DNA of 32,000 nucleotides. It comes from Candidatus Methylomirabilis oxygeniifera. Its GTDB lineage: Bacteria > Methylomirabilota > Methylomirabilia > Methylomirabilales > Methylomirabilaceae. The DNA is taken from the NCBI GenBank assembly GCA_000091165.1, contig FP565575.1, positions 90,001-122,000 on the forward strand. Direction: 5' to 3'. Both the position numbers and the translations under genes were made by a program. Below are positions 25,999-32,000 of this stretch, in pieces. Each line of letters begins with the position of its first letter. The stretch's first letter is position 1. Under the pieces are notes generated by a model. That model ran no database searches. It was not told where the DNA came from and saw only the letters and a program-made list of their open reading frames with translations.

Positions 25999-26976
25999 AT
26001 GACTCCAAAGGATGCCTTTACGCTTGGACGTCAAGGAGGCCATGCCGAGGTCGACCGGGTCCACGATGAGGTCCATTCTGTCATGACATTGCGGGTTGGA
26101 TCGCAGGCCGGACCGCGTTCGCTGGGCCGATTTCTTCTAAGCTCTACCGGTTTTCACCTGATCTTCGCTTGGATTATCATCAGCGTTGGACTGCCCAAGG
26201 TCCCATCGGCTCCGAAGCCTCTTGTTGTCACCATTATTGGAAGTGACAGCGCTGAGGCGCCTGCCGCGTCGGGACGACCTGATCGCACCCACACTCGACA
26301 GCCGGCCGCGCCGGGGCCGGCGACGCAAGCCGTCAATTCGAAAGTGACAGCCCAACCTCGCGTCTCACCACCGTCGCCTGATCTCACGGCTCAGGCGACG
26401 GAATCAACGGCGTCGGATGATCGGGTTGCCGAGCCTAAGGCTGTCGGCGTGTCTGCCGGTGGATCACATGCGGCGAGCATGGGCGCAGCAACGGCTTTAG
26501 CGATGGGTGGCGCGTCGAAGGGACCTGTTCTGCTCGGGTCTGACGGAGATGGCGAAGTCGGCTCAGGCCCGGCCGGTCGAGGCGGAGCGGGCCGCCTTGA
26601 TACGGCGTTGATTGCACCGTCGACACCATCGGTCACGGTCGGCTCCGCTCAGGGCGCGGGAGGGGGCGGAACGGGCTGGTCAAGCAATGGAGGCGCCGGA
26701 GGGCGGTCATCTGCGCCGAACTACGGAATCAATCCGCTTCCCAAGTACCCTCTCTTGGCCCGGGAAAAAGGGTACGAAGGAACGGTCTACCTGCGGGTTC
26801 TGGTCCGCGCGGATGGTCGTGTAGAGCGGCTGGCTGTCGATCGATCCTCCGGATATGAGATCCTGGACCGAGCGGCGGTAGACTCGGTCAAAGAGTGGGC
26901 GTTCTTTCCTGCCAAAAAGGGTGGGAAGTCGGTACAAAGCTGGGTGTTGCTACCGGTAAAGTTTGCGCTTAACTGA
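25999..26976 (+). CDS. TonB-like energy transducer protein
   Basis: N-terminal TM, low-complexity Pro/Gly/Ala linker, C-terminal TonB domain (NPLPKYPLLAREKGYEGTVYLRVLVRADGRVERLAVDRSSGYEILDRAAVDSVKEWAFFPA). The start may instead be ATG 26083. Confidence 0.85.
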   Translation: MTPKDAFTLGRQGGHAEVDRVHDEVHSVMTLRVGSQAGPRSLGRFLLSSTGFHLIFAWIIISVGLPKVPSAPKPLVVTIIGSDSAEAPAASGRPDRTHTRQPAAPGPATQAVNSKVTAQPRVSPPSPDLTAQATESTASDDRVAEPKAVGVSAGGSHAASMGAATALAMGGASKGPVLLGSDGDGEVGSGPAGRGGAGRLDTALIAPSTPSVTVGSAQGAGGGGTGWSSNGGAGGRSSAPNYGINPLPKYPLLAREKGYEGTVYLRVLVRADGRVERLAVDRSSGYEILDRAAVDSVKEWAFFPAKKGGKSVQSWVLLPVKFALN

Positions 26977-27071
26977 GGCGGGAAGCCATCAGCCTTCAGC
27001 GGTCAGCTCTTTTGATCTGGCCCCTGCTTTGTCTAAGACTGACTGCTGATTACTTTTTTCTGAGGTAGAGT

Positions 27072-28307
27072 GTGACCGCTTTTTCGCAGACCTCGAGATC
27101 GCTCTCCACAATTGTAGTCCTTCTTTTCATCGTCTCTTTGCTCAACCTATTCGTTTCTCCTGCATGGGGGGGTAAGCCGGTCAGTAAGCCGTTCTATGAC
27201 GAAAACGGACAGGTTATCCGGGAAGAGGTCGATAGCACCGGTTCAGGGCGGATCGATACATGGGTCACCTATCAGGATGGCGTCCCGATTCTGCAGGCCC
27301 TGGACACGAATAAGGACAGTAAACCTGATACCTGGCACCACCTGTCTGCAGATCGTCGGGTAGAGAGGACGGAAAAAGACGGCGACGGCGATGGCAAGTC
27401 CGATATCTGGATTAGATACCACCAGGGAAGTCCTATCAAGGCGGAACAGGATCTGAATATTGATGGGCGAGCCGATCGGTTCATCTTCTACGAAAAGGGG
27501 AAGGCGGTCCGGGCTGAGGAATCGCTGAAACGTAATGGAAAGATCACCCTGTGGTCGTTTTATGACGATGCCGGCGTGCTCGTCCGGGATGAGGAGGACG
27601 CAAAAGGAGTCGGTCGGCCGACGCTTTTTTCGTATTATCAGGAGGGGAAGCTCTCGAGGCGCGAAGAGGACACGAAAGGATCAGGACGGATCGACCGCTG
27701 GTCGTATTACGATAAGGATGAGCGTCTGATGAAGCGTGAGGCCGCTCGAAAAGGATCGGGACGGCCGGACACGTGGGCCTACTATGAGAACGGACAGATC
27801 GTCAAGCAAGAGGAAGATACGCTGGGCCAAGGTCGGCCGAACGTCGCCTACTTCTTCCAGGCAGGCGCTCTGTTCCGGCGAGAAGAGGATACGCAGGGGA
27901 CCGGCCGCCCGGACCTGATCGACTGGTACGAGAACGACAAGCCGGTCAAACGGCAGCAGGATACCAGACGGCAGGGGAAGATAGATCTGGTGACCCACCT
28001 TCTGAATGGAGCTATCCAACGACAAGAGGTTGATACCAAATACGAGGGACGGTACGACCTGGTTCGCTTCTTTGAGAATGGGCGCCTTGCCAGAGAAGAG
28101 TACGACACCAACGCAGACGGCCGGTCGGACGTCTGGGTTGCCTACAATGAGGCCGGCGAAAAGGTATTTCAGGAAGAGGATACCGATTACACCGGCCGAG
28201 CTCAAGTGCGGTTTCGTTTTACCGGGGGAAAAGTTGTGAAGAAGGAAGTGGTACGCGAAGAGCGAGCGGACGGCCCACCGCGCCTGCTGATACCCAAGAT
28301 CCCATAA
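27072..28307 (+). CDS. Secreted acidic 24-25 aa tandem-repeat protein of unknown function
   Basis: Signal peptide, then ~14 repeats of consensus xYYexGkxvrxEeDTxGxGRxDxW, several with DTNKDSKPD, DGDGDGKSD, DLNIDGRAD, DTNADGRSD loops. Confidence 0.85.
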   Translation: MTAFSQTSRSLSTIVVLLFIVSLLNLFVSPAWGGKPVSKPFYDENGQVIREEVDSTGSGRIDTWVTYQDGVPILQALDTNKDSKPDTWHHLSADRRVERTEKDGDGDGKSDIWIRYHQGSPIKAEQDLNIDGRADRFIFYEKGKAVRAEESLKRNGKITLWSFYDDAGVLVRDEEDAKGVGRPTLFSYYQEGKLSRREEDTKGSGRIDRWSYYDKDERLMKREAARKGSGRPDTWAYYENGQIVKQEEDTLGQGRPNVAYFFQAGALFRREEDTQGTGRPDLIDWYENDKPVKRQQDTRRQGKIDLVTHLLNGAIQRQEVDTKYEGRYDLVRFFENGRLAREEYDTNADGRSDVWVAYNEAGEKVFQEEDTDYTGRAQVRFRFTGGKVVKKEVVREERADGPPRLLIPKIP

Positions 28308-28524
28308 TGCTCCGCTTCACAAAACAGCGCGCATTCGATGGAAAAATTGCTTGACAGGTCGCGAGCGAGTAAGCTATATCTCCACCGCATTAAACGGCGT
28401 CTCTACGCGGGTCGACTCACCGGAGCGCGAGAGACGCGCATGGCCTCTCCCAGTTACTCGTGAGTTGGCGCCGATTGCGTTTAAGGGTATGAAGGGTTCC
28501 ACTCATTGTGTCACGAATACAAAA

Positions 28525-30582
28525 ATGGGAAGAGTCGCCCCTTCCTGTGGCTCGCGCGGGTTGGCCGCTTTTTCTCTTGCTGTCGCTCTTTGCATTCCTC
28601 TGATTGCTTCTCAAGCCCGCGCTCTGGAACCGGCCTTTGGCCAAGCCGCTGAGGAGGCCGCCGCTAAGCTGGCCGAAGCCTTCCCGACCGTTCAAGGATC
28701 GGTGACCGGAGTCGAGAGGGATCGGATCCTGATCGACTTGGGCGCCAAACAGGTGTATCAGGGGATGGAATTACAGGTCTACCGAGAAGGAGATGAGGTT
28801 AAACATCCGGTGACCGGCGAAGTTCTTGGAAGGCGAGATAAAAGGCTGGGTCTCCTCAGGGTCGTTGAGGTGAAAGAGAGGTTCTCGGAGGCCGCCATTG
28901 TCTCCAGAGAGGAAGGGGCCACCATGAGGGCCAAGGACCTAGTTCGGGTCAGTTCGGACCGGCTGGTGGTTGGCCTCCCTCTTATCGATGCCGGCGGAGT
29001 GAAGGAAGCGAATGTCCATTCGGTCACGAAAGATCTGGCTATTGCGCTAGCCAAGACGGGCCACTTTATGGTGATTGAGGATCCTCTCCTTAAGGCAGCC
29101 CTGACCGGGGAGCATACGTCGCGCATGGAATCGCTTGGCGATCCTTCAACGCTAAAGCTACTGTCAGAGAAGACGCACGTTCAGTTTCTCATCCTCGGTA
29201 AACTCAGCCCTGGCTCCCAGGGATTGTTTTTAAACATGCAGGTGATATCGGTTTTTACCGGAGCGCCGTTGACTGTTGCAAGCGTCGAGGTGAAGGAGCG
29301 AGGGCCGATGGTCGTGGCCGCCCCATCGCCGTCGTCGAGGCCGGCCCCTCGGTCCGGCTTAGAACCAACCCCCTCCGCCGCGCCGAGACCCTCTTTTATT
29401 CAAACTGAGCGCCAGATCGCAGAGCCTCCAAGGATCGGCGAGCAACCGAAAGGGTCCCGTTCGTTTCCAGGTACGGGTGAGAACGTGACGACGCGTCCTG
29501 CCGAGAAGGCGCAAGAGTCTGTAACATTCGAGTTGTCCGATCCGCTTCTTGCACTGGTAGCGGGAGATCTGGATGGGGATCAGCGGCCTGAGATCGTTGG
29601 GATCACGTCCTCGGAGGTGATCGCCTATCGGTGGCAGAATCAACGATTAGTATCGATTGCCAGAGCCAGCAGCCCTCGGCTTGTTCGTCACCTGCATCTT
29701 GACGTCGGAGACGTGAACGGACGCGGTCACGTCCAGATTGTCGTGACGGCCCTATCCGGTGGGCGAAACGAGCTTCAGTCGTTTATTCTGGAACTTCAAG
29801 GGGGCCGGCTCGTTCGGGTCGCCGAGAAGTTGGGCTATTTTCTTCGTGTAGTGATGGGTCCCGGCATTGAGACGCCAATCCTGGCCGGGCAGCGGATGGG
29901 AGAACTCACTGCATTTGAGAGGCCGATCGTTCGGCTGACGTGGAATGGCGAGCGATACGTCGAAGGGCAGCCGCTTACGCTTCCGGCCCAGGTGAAGAAT
30001 CTCTACGAATTTACGCCGATCAAGGCCGTGGGTGACCAGATATCAGAGGTTGCGGTCATCAGTGAGAAGCGAGTGAAGATCTACGGGAGCGAGAGCAAGC
30101 CGTCATGGGAAGCCAAAGATGATCTGGGCGACGTCGATCACCTCGCCTTTTCTCATATTCCCACGTACCGGGCTCTTCTGGCGAAGGAGGGGCTAAATTC
30201 CGGGACCCCGATTACACCAGAAGAGCATGCAGTTGAGCAGATCCTGCCGCGGCGAGTCCTGGTGGAGGCGTCGCCTCAATGGGGCAATGCCACGACAGAG
30301 CTTCTGACCTTTACGAATCCGAAAAAGATTGGGGCGCTTCGGACTGAGTCATCCTTCCCTCCGAGTCAGGTCGTGGCGTTTGACCGTCAGGAAGGAACCT
30401 TCGCGCGAGGGTGGGAGACGATCCCCCTTGAAGGGAGGGTACGCGACGTAGCGTTGGTCGATCTGAACGGCGCCGGCAGGAAAGATCTCATTGTACTATC
30501 GGCGATTAAAGAAAAGGGTCTGATCGCTTATATGCAGGATGGAACGCGTGGCATTATCAGTGTATTTTCCTTCATCCGCTAG
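28525..30582 (+). CDS. Secreted protein with FG-GAP/VCBS-like repeats, function unknown
   Basis: Signal peptide (GLAAFSLAVALCIPLIASQARA), CsgG/FlgT-like middle (KDLAIALAKTGHFMVIEDPLLKAAL), repeats AGDLDGDQRPEIVGI, DVGDVNGRGHVQIVV, ALVDLNGAGRKDLIVL. Start uncertain (28351, 28489 or 28525). Confidence 0.65.
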   Translation: MGRVAPSCGSRGLAAFSLAVALCIPLIASQARALEPAFGQAAEEAAAKLAEAFPTVQGSVTGVERDRILIDLGAKQVYQGMELQVYREGDEVKHPVTGEVLGRRDKRLGLLRVVEVKERFSEAAIVSREEGATMRAKDLVRVSSDRLVVGLPLIDAGGVKEANVHSVTKDLAIALAKTGHFMVIEDPLLKAALTGEHTSRMESLGDPSTLKLLSEKTHVQFLILGKLSPGSQGLFLNMQVISVFTGAPLTVASVEVKERGPMVVAAPSPSSRPAPRSGLEPTPSAAPRPSFIQTERQIAEPPRIGEQPKGSRSFPGTGENVTTRPAEKAQESVTFELSDPLLALVAGDLDGDQRPEIVGITSSEVIAYRWQNQRLVSIARASSPRLVRHLHLDVGDVNGRGHVQIVVTALSGGRNELQSFILELQGGRLVRVAEKLGYFLRVVMGPGIETPILAGQRMGELTAFERPIVRLTWNGERYVEGQPLTLPAQVKNLYEFTPIKAVGDQISEVAVISEKRVKIYGSESKPSWEAKDDLGDVDHLAFSHIPTYRALLAKEGLNSGTPITPEEHAVEQILPRRVLVEASPQWGNATTELLTFTNPKKIGALRTESSFPPSQVVAFDRQEGTFARGWETIPLEGRVRDVALVDLNGAGRKDLIVLSAIKEKGLIAYMQDGTRGIISVFSFIR

Positions 30583-30803
30583 GGTGTTGCATTGCAGGGC
30601 GTTGATCGATCTACCCAGTTGGGGAAGAAACAAGCATAAGAAAGGAGGGGTGAAAGACGGAATTGTGTTATGCTCGAATCAGTGCGTGGATGACAATGCC
30701 TGAGGGCCGGTGTACGTGCAGCAGCGGTAATAGAGTGTGATCGAGAAAAGTGCGAGACGATTTCCTGGGTAGCAACAAGACCGAATAAAGAGGGAGGCAT
30801 TCA

Positions 30804-32000
30804 ATGAGTGTGAAACGTCGTATGTCACTGATCGGAGGTCTGCTGGTTTTGGCCGGCAGCCTTGCGATATCGGCGCCTATCGTCTCAGCTAATGATGATG
30901 TGTTGAAGCTTCAAAAAGATGATGGCCAGTGGGTAGTCCAGAGCAAGAACTATTCAGGGACCCGCTACAGCACCCTGAACCAGATTACGCCCGAAAACGC
31001 AAAAAATCTCAAAGTCGCCTGGTCGTTCTCCTTGGGGACGCTAAACGGCCAGCAGGGCGGCCCGCTGGTTGTCGGCGACACAATGTATGCCCATAGCTCA
31101 TACGCTGGAGGCCCTACAGGTCACTCGCACAACATCTTTGCGCTCGACCTATCCAAGGAAGGAGCGCCGATCAAGTGGCGGTATAATGCGAAGTATGACC
31201 AAAAGGCACCTCCCGTCGCCTGCTGCGACTTAGTTCATAAGGGCCTACAGTATGCGAACGGCAAGATCCTGTACCAGACGCTTGATGGAATGGTGATCGC
31301 TCTTGATGCCAAGACCGGCAAGGAGCTCTGGAAGACTCGGAACGCCGACCCCTCCAAGGGTGAGACGAGCACTGCCGCCGGCCTGGTGATTAAAGATAAG
31401 TATATCGCCGGTGTCGCCGGGGGCGAGTTCGGGGTGCGCGGCTGGGTGGCGGCCTACGACATCAATACCGGCAAGCAGGTCTGGAAGGCCCGCAGCATGG
31501 GGCCCGATGAAGAGATCAAGCTTGCCCCTGATTTCAATGCCGCCAACCCGCATTACGGACGATTCGGCGAGGGGACCAAGAGTTGGCCCGGCGAGATGTG
31601 GAAACAGGGCGGCGGTACGACCTGGGGCTATTATGCGTACGATCCTGAGCTGAACCTGCTTTACTACGGTAGCGGCAACCCAGGGACCTGGAATCCCGCC
31701 CCTCGGAAAGGCGGCGATAACAAGTGGTCGATGACTATCTGGGCTCGCAATCCCGACACTGGGGTGGCCAAGTGGGCCTATCAGATGACCCCGTGGGATA
31801 ACTGGGACTACGATGGGATCGATGAATCCGTTTTGACCGAGCAGACATTCGGTGGCAAGAAGCGGAAGGTGCTCACGCACTTTGACCGCAATGGGTTCGT
31901 CTACACACTGGATCGAGCGGATGGAACCTTGCTGGCCGCTGATGCCTTCGTCTATGTCAACTGGGCGAAGGGGATCGACCTGAAGACGGGGCGGCCGATC
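30804..32000 (+). CDS. xoxF: PQQ-dependent methanol dehydrogenase, lanthanide (XoxF) type, truncated by window end
   Basis: Frame open from ATG 30804 (AGGGAGG RBS): MSVKRRMSLIGGLLVLAGSLAISAPIVSANDDDVLKLQKD...APPVACCDLVHKG...NWDYDGIDESVLTEQ...FVYVNWAKGIDLKTGRPI. Not in the supplied track because it has no stop inside the window. Confidence 0.93.
   Translation, partial: MSVKRRMSLIGGLLVLAGSLAISAPIVSANDDVLKLQKDDGQWVVQSKNYSGTRYSTLNQITPENAKNLKVAWSFSLGTLNGQQGGPLVVGDTMYAHSSYAGGPTGHSHNIFALDLSKEGAPIKWRYNAKYDQKAPPVACCDLVHKGLQYANGKILYQTLDGMVIALDAKTGKELWKTRNADPSKGETSTAAGLVIKDKYIAGVAGGEFGVRGWVAAYDINTGKQVWKARSMGPDEEIKLAPDFNAANPHYGRFGEGTKSWPGEMWKQGGGTTWGYYAYDPELNLLYYGSGNPGTWNPAPRKGGDNKWSMTIWARNPDTGVAKWAYQMTPWDNWDYDGIDESVLTEQTFGGKKRKVLTHFDRNGFVYTLDRADGTLLAADAFVYVNWAKGIDLKTGRPI

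Noticed and set aside
30583-30803. Possible sigma-54 box upstream of the third MDH (TTGGGGAAGAAACAAGCAT)
   Set aside because: GG-N10-GC spacing can be forced, but the TTGC and TGGCAC contexts are absent and there is no similarity to either module.
1-32000. CRISPR array, rRNA or tRNA genes
   Set aside because: No regularly spaced direct repeats with unique spacers were seen by eye, and no recognisable tRNA/rRNA segments. A tool scan (tRNAscan-SE, CRISPR finder) would be needed to exclude short or degenerate ones.

Overview
The window is a methanol-oxidation super-locus with gene order and proteins resembling NC10 / 'Candidatus Methylomirabilis'-type methylotrophs (taxon inferred from content only). 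It contains: the C-terminal end of a TonB-dependent receptor (1-372); a histidine kinase plus NtrC-type sigma-54 regulator (757-3606); a remnant-rich interval with an internally deleted REP-associated transposase, a VapBC-type toxin-antitoxin pair, an integrase tail and MITE-like repeats (3700-6070); a calcium-type mxaFJGI-RSACKL(D) operon (6533-16304) and a beta-propeller gene; a xoxF operon (xoxF, xoxJ-like, cytochrome c, beta-propeller, TonB-dependent receptor; 17814-25674); a TonB-like gene; an unusual 24-25 aa repeat protein; an FG-GAP-like protein; and the start of a third methanol dehydrogenase, xoxF type, running off the right edge. The most interesting observations are: (1) two different repeated intergenic modules, each carrying a canonical -24/-12 sigma-54 promoter and an upstream palindrome. 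They link the NtrC-type regulator, mxaF and xoxF into one candidate circuit, and the xoxF promoter region carries both modules in tandem. (2) A XoxJ-like periplasmic protein fused to ankyrin repeats. (3) mxaL and mxaD in one uninterrupted reading frame. (4) A secreted ~14x(24-25 aa) repeat protein with D-x-D-x-D-G-like loops next to TonB and xoxF genes, a candidate Ca/lanthanide-binding protein. (5) A perfect 11-bp hairpin between mxaI and mxaR. (6) A 154-bp nested inverted-repeat element behind the TonB-dependent receptor. All calls are from reading the sequence; no database or folding computation was run.
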